A stretch of DNA of 32,000 nucleotides from Candidatus Pacearchaeota archaeon (GCA_026016245.1 CP061211.1:60001-92000); one strand, 5' to 3'; counted from the first letter of the stretch, positions 17,194 to 27,029 are shown. Translations and numbers: made by a program. The notes: generated by a model from the letters alone, not told the origin.

Positions 17194-19353
17194 ATGGTTG
17201 AGGACAAAAAAACACATAAAATAACAGAATTAATGTTTAAACCCAAATATATTAGGAATATTGGTATAGTTGCACATATTGATCATGGAAAGACTACTAT
17301 GACAGATTCCTTACTTGCTGGAGCAGGTATGATATCTGAAGATTTGGCTGGGAAGCTACTAGTTATGGATTTCCACGAAGATGAGAAAGCAAGAGGAATT
17401 ACAATTGATAGTGCTAATGTGAATATGGTCCATAGTGTTGAAGGCAAGGACTATTTGGTTAATCTTATAGATACCCCAGGACATGTTGATTTTTCAGGAG
17501 AAGTTACAAGAGCAATGAGAGCTACTGATGGAGCTATTGTTCTTGTGGATGCAGCAGAGGGAATGATGCCACAAACAGAAACTGTATTAAGACAGGCATT
17601 AAGGGAGAGAGTTAAACCTACTTTGTTTATCAATAAAGTTGATAGGTTGATAAAGGAATTAAAACTTAATCCTCAAGAAATTCAGAATAGGCTGTTGAAA
17701 ACAATAGACTCTGTTAATAAATTTATTCTAAGTATTGCATCAAAAGAGTGCAAGAGCTGGTTGGTGGGTGTTAAAGAAGGAAGTGTTACTTTTGGTTCTG
17801 CAAAAGATAGATGGGCAATGTCTATTCCTTTTATGCAAAAAACTAATCTCAGTTTCAAGGATGTTATTGATGCTTATGAAAACAATAAGTTGGAGGAGAT
17901 GGCAAAAAAAGCTCCCCTCTACACTATAATTATGAATATGGTTGTTAAGCATCTTCCAGATCCTATCGAAGCTCAAGTTTATAGAATCCCTAAAATATGG
18001 CATGGAGATATTGAAAGTGAGGAAGGACAGGCATTGAAAAATTGTGATCCTAAAGGCCCTGTTATTTTTGTTCCTACTAAAATTGTTATTGATAAACATG
18101 CTGGAGAAGTTGCTGGTGGAAGACTTTTCTCTGGATCAATAAAAAAAGGCCAGGAATTATGGATGAATATGGCTAAAAAAACTGTGAGAGTGCAGCAAGT
18201 TAATGTTTATAGAGGCAGTCGAAGACTTATTATTGATGAGGCTCCTGCTGGAAATATTGTTGGGGTAGTAGGATTAACTGGAGTTTCTGCTGGAGAGACT
18301 GTAAGTAGTGAAAAAGTTGAACCTTTTGAAGCTCTAAAACATATGTTTGAGCCAGTTGTTACAACAAGCATTGAAGCAAAGAAGCCAGCTGACCTACCAA
18401 AACTTATCTCAGTTCTCAAACAGATAGGAAAAGAGGATCCTACTATAAAGATTGAAATTAATGAAGAAACAGGGCAACATCTACTTAGCGGAATGGGTGA
18501 ATTACATTTAGATGTTGTTGCCAATAGAATCAAAACAGAGAAAGGTGTTGATATAAGCACAAGCCCACCAATAGTTGTTTATAGAGAAACAATAACCAAG
18601 CCAAGTAGAACTTTTGAGGGAAGAAGTCCAAACAAACATAATGTCTTTTTCTTGCAAGTAGAACCATTAGAAAATGCTGTTTACAAAGCAATTAAAGATG
18701 GAGAGATCCCTGAAGTAAAGATAAAGAAGAAAGATGAAAATCTATCTAAGATTCTTACTTCTTTGGGTGTAAGCCATGATGAAGCTAAGCAGTATAAGGA
18801 AGTTTACAGAGATTGTGTTCTTTGTGATAAGACTAGAGGTATAGTACATATAGGAGAGGTTATAGAAATGGTTATGGCAGCATTTGAGCAAGTAGTTGAT
18901 TCAGGAATTCTTGCAAAAGAACCTTGCATGAAAATGAAAGTCTCTCTTATGGATACAAAACTTCACGAGGACGCTATCCATAGAGGTCCTGCACAAGTTC
19001 TTCCAGCAGTGAGAGATTCATTAAGACTAGCGATGCAAGATGCTAGGCCCTTGATGTTTGAGCCACTTCAAAATATATTAATAGAAGCTCCTTTCAGATT
19101 TATAGGAGAAGTTACAAAAACAATACAGAGCAAGAGGGGCCAATTGCTTAGTATGGATCAGGAAGGAGAGCATTTGAGTGCAAAAGCCAAGCTTCCAGTA
19201 AGTGAGATGATTGGTTTAAGCAATGAACTTAGAGGAGCCACAGAAGGAAGAGCAACCTTCTTCATTACTAATCAGCTTTTTGCTCCTGTTCCAAAAGATC
19301 TGCAAGAAAAAATCATCAGACAGATAAGACAGAGAAAAGGTATTGAGAGTTAA
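17194..19353 (+). CDS. fusA: Translation elongation factor EF-2
   Basis: AHIDHGKTT, DTPGHVDF, NKVDRL, HEDAIHRGPAQVLPAVRDS. Start chosen at MVEDKK just after the S7 stop rather than the ORF-track start 17155. Confidence 0.96.
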   Translation: MVEDKKTHKITELMFKPKYIRNIGIVAHIDHGKTTMTDSLLAGAGMISEDLAGKLLVMDFHEDEKARGITIDSANVNMVHSVEGKDYLVNLIDTPGHVDFSGEVTRAMRATDGAIVLVDAAEGMMPQTETVLRQALRERVKPTLFINKVDRLIKELKLNPQEIQNRLLKTIDSVNKFILSIASKECKSWLVGVKEGSVTFGSAKDRWAMSIPFMQKTNLSFKDVIDAYENNKLEEMAKKAPLYTIIMNMVVKHLPDPIEAQVYRIPKIWHGDIESEEGQALKNCDPKGPVIFVPTKIVIDKHAGEVAGGRLFSGSIKKGQELWMNMAKKTVRVQQVNVYRGSRRLIIDEAPAGNIVGVVGLTGVSAGETVSSEKVEPFEALKHMFEPVVTTSIEAKKPADLPKLISVLKQIGKEDPTIKIEINEETGQHLLSGMGELHLDVVANRIKTEKGVDISTSPPIVVYRETITKPSRTFEGRSPNKHNVFFLQVEPLENAVYKAIKDGEIPEVKIKKKDENLSKILTSLGVSHDEAKQYKEVYRDCVLCDKTRGIVHIGEVIEMVMAAFEQVVDSGILAKEPCMKMKVSLMDTKLHEDAIHRGPAQVLPAVRDSLRLAMQDARPLMFEPLQNILIEAPFRFIGEVTKTIQSKRGQLLSMDQEGEHLSAKAKLPVSEMIGLSNELRGATEGRATFFITNQLFAPVPKDLQEKIIRQIRQRKGIES

Positions 19354-19389
19354 GAGTTAAGTATTTAAAATATCCTTCTATAAAAAATC

Positions 19390-19809
19390 ATGACAGAACA
19401 AAAACAATATCAAGATTTATTAGAAAAGGCATATAAAGAAGTCAAGCAAGTCAAGACAATTGAGCGTTTCGAGATTCCTAAGGTTGAATCACACATAGTA
19501 GGATATCAAACCATAATCAGCAATTTCTCCCAGATATGCTCTAATTTAAGAAGAAAACCAGAACACCTTGCAAAATTCTTAGCAAGAGAATTAGCAACTC
19601 AAGGAAATATCAAAGGAGATAGATTAATTTTAAATAGAAAATTAAGTTCCAGGATGATTAATGAAAAAATTGAGGCTTATGTTAAAGAATTTGTCTTATG
19701 CCCAGAATGCGGCAAGCCAGATACTGAACTTATTAAAGAAGGTAAATTCATGTTCCTACATTGTCTTGCTTGCGGAGCAAAACATTCTGTTAGGGCAAAG
19801 ATTGTTTAA
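19390..19809 (+). CDS. Translation initiation factor aIF2 beta subunit
   Basis: N-domain KFLARELATQGNIKGDRLILNRK plus C-terminal C2-C2 zinc ribbon CPECGKPDT...CLACGAKH. Confidence 0.93.
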   Translation: MTEQKQYQDLLEKAYKEVKQVKTIERFEIPKVESHIVGYQTIISNFSQICSNLRRKPEHLAKFLARELATQGNIKGDRLILNRKLSSRMINEKIEAYVKEFVLCPECGKPDTELIKEGKFMFLHCLACGAKHSVRAKIV

Positions 19810-19810
19810 A

Positions 19811-20173
19811 ATGGTAAGAATCGATAAAAAACTTAAAAATTTAATTCAAAAAAATATTCTGGCATTTGCTACATCTTATTCTAAAAAACCAAATGTGGTA
19901 GCTATTGCTTGTGTTAAAGTAACAGGACCAGATACTTTAGTTATTACAGACAATTATATGAATAAAACAAAAAAGAATTTACTGAAAAATAAAAATGTTG
20001 CCATAGTTGTATGGAACAAAAAAGGAACTATTGGCTATCAGTTAAAGGGAAAAGCAAATTATATTACAAAAGGCAAATGGTTAAAGTTTGTTAAAAATAT
20101 GAAAGAAAATAAAGAAATGCCAGCAAAAGCTGCAATAATAGTTAAAGTAAAAGAAGTCTATAAACTTGCTTAA
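19811..20173 (+). CDS. Pyridoxamine 5'-phosphate oxidase-like flavin-binding protein
   Basis: PNVVAIACVKVTGPDTLVITDNYMNKTKKNLLKNKNVAIVVW pattern; start refined from ORF-track 19661. Confidence 0.7.
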   Translation: MVRIDKKLKNLIQKNILAFATSYSKKPNVVAIACVKVTGPDTLVITDNYMNKTKKNLLKNKNVAIVVWNKKGTIGYQLKGKANYITKGKWLKFVKNMKENKEMPAKAAIIVKVKEVYKLA

Positions 20174-20174
20174 G

Positions 20175-20480
20175 ATGCCAAAAATTCTTGTCAAGATACA
20201 TCAAGCATATAGAGAAGTTATTTCTATTTGTGATTCTGATTTAATAGGGAAGAGGTTTGAAGAGGGAAATATGCAGCTTGAGGTTAGTGAGCAATTTTAC
20301 AAAGGAGAGGAGATGTCTAAAGATAAAGTCATAGAACTCTTGAAAGAAAAATCACAAGAGAATGCATGTTTTAATTTTGTTGGAAAGCAGGCTATTGAGA
20401 CTGGGATTAAAGCAGAGATTGTTGATGAAGGTAGGGTTATAGAAATTCAGGGTGTGCCTCATGCAATGGCTCTTCTTTAA
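20175..20480 (+). CDS. DUF424-like protein
   Basis: ILVKIHQAYREVISICDSDLIGKRFEEGNMQLEVSEQFYKGE. Confidence 0.75.
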   Translation: MPKILVKIHQAYREVISICDSDLIGKRFEEGNMQLEVSEQFYKGEEMSKDKVIELLKEKSQENACFNFVGKQAIETGIKAEIVDEGRVIEIQGVPHAMALL

Positions 20481-20515
20481 AAGCTTTTATAAGCTTATTT
20501 TATTTCTTTTATAAA

Positions 20516-20848
20516 ATGGCTAGATTCAAAAAGAAAAGGAAAAAACAAACAAAAGAAGAGGTATTTAGAGTTAGGCTGCCTAGGGGTAAAGAAGTTTTAG
20601 GAATTCTTGAACAGAGATTAGGAGGAAATAGAATGACGATTAAATGTCTAGATGGTAAAAGTCGTATTTGTAGAGTTCCTGGAAGATTAAGAAGAAGACT
20701 TTGGTTGAGAGAAGGTAATGTTGTGTTAGTTGAGCCCTGGGAGTTAGGTGGAGAAGAGAAAGGAGATATAATATGGAAATATCATCCTGCTGAAGTTGAC
20801 TGGCTAAGACGTAAGGGTTTTCTTAAGACTTTGGAAGAAGAGTTTTGA
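20516..20848 (+). CDS. Translation initiation factor 1A (eIF-1A family)
   Basis: OB-fold core EVLGILEQRLGGNRMTIKCLDGKSRICRVPGRLRRRLWLREGNVVLVEPWE. Confidence 0.95.
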   Translation: MARFKKKRKKQTKEEVFRVRLPRGKEVLGILEQRLGGNRMTIKCLDGKSRICRVPGRLRRRLWLREGNVVLVEPWELGGEEKGDIIWKYHPAEVDWLRRKGFLKTLEEEF

Positions 20849-21014
20849 TTTTGTTACTATTTCTAAATTCCATTAGTAGAAGTTCATAAAGCAAAGATAT
20901 CAGATATTTGGGGTAAATTCTTATCTATGGTAAACGAATCAATAAAAGAATATAATGAGAGTTTAAGAGTTATTGAATAGTTAAATATTTAATTTAGATT
21001 TCTTTTATTTTTTC

Positions 21015-21566
21015 ATGCAAAAAGTTCCTTTAGAAAAAAGGTTGAGTATAGTTAAGAAAAATAAAGCAAGGTTAGAGAAAGCCCTTAATGTTTCTTTGGA
21101 ATTTTCAGGAAAAACTGTTTTAATAGAAAGCGAGGATTCTTTTGCTGAGTATCTTGCTGGCGAGATTCTTGATTCTATTTCTCTTGGTTTTGATATTGAT
21201 ACTGCTTTACTGCTTAAAGATACAGATTTCATGCTGAAGAAGATAGATATAAAAACTAGGACTAAAAGTTCTAGAGTCCATATTGTTATTGGGAGGATAA
21301 TTGGCAAGCAAGGAAGGACAAAGGAACTTATTGAAAAGTTGAGTGAGTGTGATATTGTTTTGATGGATCATATTGTTGGAATTATTGGAAGGAGTGAGAA
21401 TGTTGATGTTGCAAGCCATGCTATAGAGGCTTTAATTCGAGGATCCTCACAATCAAAAGTTTATACTTATCTTGAAAAAAGTAGAAATAGATTAAGGGAA
21501 TTGGCTGAAGAGGATATTGAAGAGATGATTAAGAAAGAAGAAAAAAAGGAAGAGGATAAGAAATAG
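21015..21566 (+). CDS. KH-domain RNA-processing protein (Pno1/Dim2-like)
   Basis: Two KH-like segments including HIVIGRIIGKQGRTKELIEKLSECDIVLMDHIVGIIG. Confidence 0.85.
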   Translation: MQKVPLEKRLSIVKKNKARLEKALNVSLEFSGKTVLIESEDSFAEYLAGEILDSISLGFDIDTALLLKDTDFMLKKIDIKTRTKSSRVHIVIGRIIGKQGRTKELIEKLSECDIVLMDHIVGIIGRSENVDVASHAIEALIRGSSQSKVYTYLEKSRNRLRELAEEDIEEMIKKEEKKEEDKK

Positions 21567-21598
21567 ATTTATAAATAATTCTTAACTTTTTATTCTAT

Positions 21599-21732
21599 GC
21601 TCCGGTAGCTCAGTGGCTAGAGCACACGGCTGTTACTACAGCTTTCTTTAGAAAAGAAAGCTCTAGGAGGTAAAGAAACTATTTTTGCCTGCAGAAACCG
21701 TGGGGTCGTAGGTTCGAATCCTATCCGGAGCG
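21599..21732 (+). tRNA. tRNA-Asn (GTT) with 61-nt intron at 37/38 (intron 21636..21696)
   Basis: GCTCCGG/CCGGAGC acceptor, GCTC/GAGC D stem, CACGG/CCGTG anticodon stem, GTAGG-TTCGAAT-CCTAT T arm; central BHB helix CTGT/GCAG. Confidence 0.93.
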
Positions 21733-21798
21733 CTTCTTGTCTTCTTTTTATTTTTTCTAAAAACATTTTTAAATTAAAATTGCTTTATATTTGTTATT

Positions 21799-21947
21799 GG
21801 GCCCGTAGCTCAGCCTGGTTTAGAGCACTACGCTGATAGCCTTACTACAGCCTCTTAAAGGGGGTGATGGAACTGGAGCGCTTTGCGTTCCACTGTAGTT
21901 TGGTTCTAGAAACGTAGGGGTCATGGGTTCGAATCCCATCGGGCCCA
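21799..21947 (+). tRNA. tRNA-Ile (GAT) with 73-nt intron at 37/38 (intron 21839..21911)
   Basis: GGGCCCG/CGGGCCC acceptor, GCTC/GAGC D stem, CTACG/CGTAG anticodon stem, ATGGG-TTCGAAT-CCCAT T arm; intron internal stem ACTACAG/CTGTAGT. Confidence 0.92.
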
Positions 21948-21972
21948 CTCCAAACCAAATAAAAAGAGGATA

Positions 21973-22656
21973 ATGGACAAAAAAAAGAAAACAAGACTTT
22001 TGATAGCAGTTTGTGCTATGCTTTTTATGATTCTTGTATATTTTTTATTTGCAATATTTGTTTTAAAAATTCCTATTTTTTGGAAAAAGACAATAACAGG
22101 TAAAGGTACTGTGGGTATAGTTTCTGTAACCATAGTGCCTGTATGTACTTTTTATATTGGCCCTGGATGGAGTTTATTATCATTATGTGCAAATGCCACC
22201 AACAAATCTGTGGATGGTGTTTTTCAGAATATAAGTTATAGGTATGTGATGAGATGGAACACAACAAGAATGGAGTATGATATTTATAGTCCAAGAGCTG
22301 TAAATAATCCTTTTGACAGTCTTGATGTTAATGAATCATATTTTGTTTTAGATTATTCTAGTGAGATATTTTCTGTATTTGGACCACCTAATTCTGATAT
22401 GGATATAGCAATGGTTCAAGGATGGGATGCTCCTAGCTGGCCTTATCTTTTTGAGACTAATGTAACTAAATATATAGATTCAGCAAAACACAGGTATATG
22501 ATGAAATGGGACCTCCCTGGTCAAGAATTTGACATCTATAGCCCTAGGGCAGCGCAGAATCCTTTCACAAAAATATATAAGGGAGAAGGCCAATTTATTT
22601 ATGCATATCTAAATCACACACTTCAATATAATAAAACATATTTATTTGATCCATAA
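21973..22656 (+). CDS. Membrane-anchored extracellular protein with duplicated domain
   Basis: N-terminal TM; two similar segments, YRYVMRWNTTRMEYDIYSPRAVNNPF and HRYMMKWDLPGQEFDIYSPRAAQNPF. Confidence 0.75.
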   Translation: MDKKKKTRLLIAVCAMLFMILVYFLFAIFVLKIPIFWKKTITGKGTVGIVSVTIVPVCTFYIGPGWSLLSLCANATNKSVDGVFQNISYRYVMRWNTTRMEYDIYSPRAVNNPFDSLDVNESYFVLDYSSEIFSVFGPPNSDMDIAMVQGWDAPSWPYLFETNVTKYIDSAKHRYMMKWDLPGQEFDIYSPRAAQNPFTKIYKGEGQFIYAYLNHTLQYNKTYLFDP

Positions 22657-22663
22657 TTATAAA

Positions 22664-24376
22664 ATGAGAATAAAAAAAGAGGTTTTGGTTTTAGTATTTC
22701 TAGTGTCTATTCTTTTTTTGAGCAGTGCTGTTAAGACAGATATTTTCATGGGAACTTGTGAAGGTTTTGTTTTTTATCTAAATGGGACAAAAGTTACAGG
22801 AGCTAATGTTACTGTCTCTGTTGATGGCTGTACAACACCACCTGAAAATTGTGTCAGAAGCGCTTTGACTGATTTAGGTGGCTATTATGTTATAGCTAAT
22901 CTTAACTTGCAGCCTTATGGAAATGTTAGTGTTACAGCAAAAAAAGGAACTTTTTACAGAACAAACACAGGACAGGCAGATGCATATCAAGCTGCTTTTG
23001 TTAATGTCACTCTATGTGAAGCTCCAACATCTCCATCACTTGTTCCTGTTCCAGACAGCCATTATCCTAACATAACTTTTTGGTTTAACTGGAGTTCTGG
23101 AACTTCTCCTTATGCTACTTTTGACCAGTGGAATTTTGATAATTCTGGTTGGATAACTGCCACTTCCCCCCAAAGCAAAACAAACCTTGCTTTTAAGAAT
23201 TATACATGGAGTGTTAAAACATGTCTAAGCTCTTTGCCTTCTTGTTGCTCGCCTCCATCTACTGATACCTTTTCAGTTTACAACACACCCCCTTGTGTTC
23301 CAATCCTGACACCACAACCAGATACATATAGTAATACTGTTACTTTAAATTGGACTTCAAATACCACTGCCCCATGTCCTGATGCTGATAATGATATAAC
23401 ATATTATAATTTCAGAATAGATGGAAATTTAACAACTCATGCTACTCCTCCTATGATCATAAGTGGTTTAGGTTATGGTTCTCACATATGGCAAGTACAA
23501 GAATGTGATCTATGGGAGTGCAGTGCTTGGGCATCTGACACTTTCAATATTGGAAATAACCCTTGCCCTTCTCCAAATCTAACAAATCAATCAGATACTT
23601 GTGTTAATCAAGTAACATTAAAATGGACTTCTGCTAATATAGATGGTGAGGGAGATGCTTGTCATGATGAATTTTATTTCCATGGCACTACTCAAAGTCC
23701 TGCAAGCTCGCCACAAACACTCATTCTAACAGATCAAGCTCTTTATACATGGCGTGTCAGGACTTGCGATAATTATTCAGCATGTTCTGATTGGGTTGAA
23801 GATAGTTTTATTTTCTGTACTTGCCCACCACTCATAGAAGAAGTTGAAGGAGAAAGAAGAGGCTATGTTGGTGGCTGTAGACTTCCAGCTGGCTATGAAA
23901 TTGTTTTTTCAGTGCCCAGAGATGTTTATCCAGGAGAACATTTTAAGATTGATGTGGGCTTTAAATACTTCCTATCTATCACTGACCTAATAATTGAAAC
24001 TGAATCCCCTGAAGGTATAGAGGTAGAGACATTGAATTATTGTCCTGTTTCTGGAAATACTAATATGAATCTTAAATTAGAAGGAAGAGTTCCTGTTGAT
24101 TTTAGGGAAGGGACTTATTATCTTTTTGTTAAGGGATATGATAGTAAAAAGCTTTTATTCAATAAACCTATAGAGCTGAAAGTTGTGAGCCCTCCTACTA
24201 CAATTGTTAGCTTGTTAAGGCTGCCTTACTTGCCTTGCTGTATAATCTTGCTTATTTTGATAATATTGATACTTGCTGCAGCATCTATATGGGCTGGAAA
24301 GGAAGTTTACAAGAGAATGAAAGAAAAAGGAGAAAAAAGAACAAAGATGCTGAAAAAAATAAAAGAAGGGATATAA
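22664..24376 (+). CDS. Large Cys-rich, glycosylation-site-rich surface protein with repeated beta domains and C-terminal TM
   Basis: Signal peptide, carboxypeptidase-regulatory-like start, repeats ending in Y/HxWxVxxCD..CS.W, C-terminal LPCCIILLILIILILAAASIW and basic tail. Confidence 0.8.
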   Translation: MRIKKEVLVLVFLVSILFLSSAVKTDIFMGTCEGFVFYLNGTKVTGANVTVSVDGCTTPPENCVRSALTDLGGYYVIANLNLQPYGNVSVTAKKGTFYRTNTGQADAYQAAFVNVTLCEAPTSPSLVPVPDSHYPNITFWFNWSSGTSPYATFDQWNFDNSGWITATSPQSKTNLAFKNYTWSVKTCLSSLPSCCSPPSTDTFSVYNTPPCVPILTPQPDTYSNTVTLNWTSNTTAPCPDADNDITYYNFRIDGNLTTHATPPMIISGLGYGSHIWQVQECDLWECSAWASDTFNIGNNPCPSPNLTNQSDTCVNQVTLKWTSANIDGEGDACHDEFYFHGTTQSPASSPQTLILTDQALYTWRVRTCDNYSACSDWVEDSFIFCTCPPLIEEVEGERRGYVGGCRLPAGYEIVFSVPRDVYPGEHFKIDVGFKYFLSITDLIIETESPEGIEVETLNYCPVSGNTNMNLKLEGRVPVDFREGTYYLFVKGYDSKKLLFNKPIELKVVSPPTTIVSLLRLPYLPCCIILLILIILILAAASIWAGKEVYKRMKEKGEKRTKMLKKIKEGI

Positions 24377-25209
24377 TGGCAAGGAAGAAAACTAAAAAGA
24401 AAAAGAGAAAAAGGAAAACAAGGAAGAAGCAAAAGAAAACAAAACAAAAAATCACCATTCTTGTTTTAAGTATAGTTATGATTGCTCTTATCTTATCTCT
24501 TGTTTTTACTATTCTTATTTCACTCTCCCTTTTTCCTGTTTCAGTGGTAGAGGAAGAGCCACAAAAGATAGAGTTCATGATAAAAAAACCATTGCTTAAT
24601 TCAACCCAAGCTGTAACTTATTTGCCTGCTGTTGATAAGGAGGGCAATGGTGTCATGACTGTGCTTGTGGTGGAAGCTGTTCCAGGAAGTGGGAGAACTT
24701 TAGTTGACATAGACAATTTATTGTTCTGGGCTGATACACAACATAGTATTAGAATAGCTAAGAATGTGGCATCAGAAATAACAGAAGAGGATATTAATAA
24801 TTATGATTTTGTTTATAATATTTATGCTAATGCTTCTGTCATAGGTAGGGAAAGTGCTGGAGCTGCGATAACCATAGCAACAATATCTATTTTAGAAAAT
24901 AAAGAATTGAGGGATGATGTTGTTATAACAGGGACAGTGAATCATGATGGCACTATAGGTCCTGTTAGTGCAATACTTCCTAAAGCAAAAATCTCTGGGG
25001 ATGCTGGAGCAAAAATTTTCCTTGTCCCCCTACTTCAAGGTCAGGAGATTATTTATGAGACAAGAGAACATTGTGAGAAATTTGGCCCGAATGAATTCTG
25101 TACAACAGAGCAAGTTCCAAGGAAAGTTAATATAAGTGAAGAGGCTGGTATAGAGGTTATAGAGGTTGGAACAATAGAAGAAGCTTTAGAATACTTTTTT
25201 GAAAAATAG
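24376..25209 (+). CDS. Membrane-anchored Lon-like Ser/Lys protease domain protein (S16-like, no AAA ATPase)
   Basis: GRESAGAAITIATISIL with catalytic Ser, TGTVNHDGTIGPVSAILPKAKISGDAGAKIFLVP with Lys; N-terminal basic + TM. Start refined from ORF-track 24235. Confidence 0.85.
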   Translation: MARKKTKKKKRKRKTRKKQKKTKQKITILVLSIVMIALILSLVFTILISLSLFPVSVVEEEPQKIEFMIKKPLLNSTQAVTYLPAVDKEGNGVMTVLVVEAVPGSGRTLVDIDNLLFWADTQHSIRIAKNVASEITEEDINNYDFVYNIYANASVIGRESAGAAITIATISILENKELRDDVVITGTVNHDGTIGPVSAILPKAKISGDAGAKIFLVPLLQGQEIIYETREHCEKFGPNEFCTTEQVPRKVNISEEAGIEVIEVGTIEEALEYFFEK

Positions 25210-25224
25210 AAATAAATAGATAAA

Positions 25225-25983
25225 ATGGTTGCTTTTGATATTATAGGAAATATAGCTATATTACACCTAGATAAAGTTACAAGACAAAATAAAAAATTTG
25301 CAAAGGTTCTATTAAAGAAACATAAGAATATCAAATCAGTTTATAGTCAGAGCAAAATATCTGGTAGGCTTAGAATTCCAAAGCTGAGATGGATTGCTGG
25401 CAAGAAGCAGACAGAAATACTACATAAGGAAAGTGGCTGTGTGCTAAAACTTGATATCAACAAGTGTTATTTTAGTCCAAGACTAGGTACTGACAGATTA
25501 GAAATAGCAAAAAAAGTCAAAAGAGGTGAGAAAGTTCTTGTCATGTTTTCTGGAGTAGCACCTTATGGTATTGTAATAGGAAAAAAGAGCAAAGCAAAAG
25601 AAATTTATTGTATTGAAATTAGCAGGATGGCTTCAAAATATGCTAAAGAAAATGTCAGACTAAACAAATTGGCGAATATAAAAATCATCCAAGGAGATGT
25701 CAAGAGAATTATTCCTAAATTAAAGACAAAATTTGATAGAATTGTCATGGCAAGACCTCAGTTAAAAGAGACTTTCTTAAAAGAGGCTTTCAAAGTTTCT
25801 AAACTTGGTACAATAATTCATTTTTATGATTTTGTAAAAGAACAAAATTTGAAGGAAGTAGAATACAAGATAACGAGAGAAGCAGAAAAAGCAAAAAAGA
25901 AAATTAAGATAACAAAAATAAAAAAAGTCAGGGAGATAGCTCCTTACAAATATCATATTAGGATAGATTTTAGAATTAAGTAA
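25225..25983 (+). CDS. trm5: tRNA (guanine37-N1)-methyltransferase Trm5 family
   Basis: LKLDINKCYFSPRLGTDRLEIAKKVKRGEKVLVMFSGVAPYGIVIGKK ... FDRIVMARPQ. Confidence 0.88.
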   Translation: MVAFDIIGNIAILHLDKVTRQNKKFAKVLLKKHKNIKSVYSQSKISGRLRIPKLRWIAGKKQTEILHKESGCVLKLDINKCYFSPRLGTDRLEIAKKVKRGEKVLVMFSGVAPYGIVIGKKSKAKEIYCIEISRMASKYAKENVRLNKLANIKIIQGDVKRIIPKLKTKFDRIVMARPQLKETFLKEAFKVSKLGTIIHFYDFVKEQNLKEVEYKITREAEKAKKKIKITKIKKVREIAPYKYHIRIDFRIK

Positions 25984-26015
25984 ATTTTTAAAGTTATAAA
26001 TCAAAATAAATAAAG

Positions 26016-26585
26016 ATGGCAAATATAAAAAGTGTCTTGAAAAAAACATGGGATTTTTTGTGGCACAGCAATAGTATCTGGAGCTGGATTGTTGATTTAA
26101 TTCTAGTTTTCCTTATAGTGAAATTTATTATATTCCCCTTATTTGGCTTGATTCTTTGCACTCCTTTGCCTTTTGTTATTATTGAGAGCCATAGTATGGA
26201 GCATGAGGGTAATTTTGATTCCTGGTTTTCCTTGCATGGCCAGTGGTATTTAGATAATGACATAACAAAAGAACAAGTTAGAGAATGGTCCTGGAACAAA
26301 GGTCTTGATAAAGGCGACATTATAGTTGTGAAAGGAGAGGAAAGTTATGAGCTAGGCAATGTTATTATTTTCAAAATACAGGAACAAGCAACCCCTATCA
26401 TACATAGGATTGTGGAAGTAAAAAGTGAGGATAGTGAGATTGTTTTCGAAACAAAAGGTGATCATAATGATGGTCAGTGGCCTTATGAAGAAAATATAGG
26501 AGAAGAGCAGATTTTAGGCAAAGCAGCAGTCAGAATCCCGAAACTTGGCTGGGTTAAGCTTTTCTTTGTTGAACTTTTCAGGTAA
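26016..26585 (+). CDS. Signal peptidase I (S26, archaeal/Sec11-like)
   Basis: IESHSMEH with Ser, LDKGDIIVVKG, IIHRIVEV with His instead of bacterial Lys, TKGDHN. Confidence 0.88.
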   Translation: MANIKSVLKKTWDFLWHSNSIWSWIVDLILVFLIVKFIIFPLFGLILCTPLPFVIIESHSMEHEGNFDSWFSLHGQWYLDNDITKEQVREWSWNKGLDKGDIIVVKGEESYELGNVIIFKIQEQATPIIHRIVEVKSEDSEIVFETKGDHNDGQWPYEENIGEEQILGKAAVRIPKLGWVKLFFVELFR

Positions 26586-26663
26586 TTTATTTAATACCCC
26601 TCTAAAGTTTTAATTTCTAATAGAAAAGTTTTTAAATATAGAAACTAAAGTTAAAAGAATAAA

Positions 26664-26972
26664 ATGAAATTTTGTCCGAAGTGTGGGGCTATTTTAGTAC
26701 AAAAAAAGAAGAATTTTTCTTGTCCTAAATGTGGTCATAGATCTAAAGAAAAAATAAAAATCATTAGTTCTGAAAAAGTTGGTAAGGTGACAAAGATAGA
26801 TGTTTTACATGAGAAAGATTCCAGTGTTTGGCCAGTTGTTACAGAGACCTGCCCTGAATGTGGTAATGATAAAGCATATTATTTTTCTGCTCAAATGCGA
26901 TCAGGAGATGAAGCCGAGACCCAATTTTTCAAATGTGTTAGGTGTAAAAAAACTTGGAGAAAATATTCCTAA
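26664..26972 (+). CDS. tfs: Transcription factor S (RPB9/TFIIS-like)
   Basis: Two zinc ribbons; C-terminal ETCPECGNDKAYYFSAQMRSGDEAETQFFKCVRCKKTWRKY. Confidence 0.93.
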   Translation: MKFCPKCGAILVQKKKNFSCPKCGHRSKEKIKIISSEKVGKVTKIDVLHEKDSSVWPVVTETCPECGNDKAYYFSAQMRSGDEAETQFFKCVRCKKTWRKYS

Positions 26973-27029
26973 CTTCTTTCTTTCCTAACTTATAAAAATT
27001 TATAAACAAATTTTCCTTCTTTTAGTAAT

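Noticed and set aside
17451-18560. Antisense ORFs 17451..17633, 17740..18099, 18207..18560
   Set aside because: They overlap the unambiguous EF-2 gene; low-complexity translations with no family signal.
20870-21000. Short reading frame ending ...ISDIWGKFLSMVNESIKEYNESLRVIE*
   Set aside because: No good start codon with a domain-sized ORF; possibly a remnant but unsupported.
24285-25334. Antisense ORFs 24285..24578 and 25053..25334
   Set aside because: Mirror images of the Lon-like protease and Trm5 coding regions.
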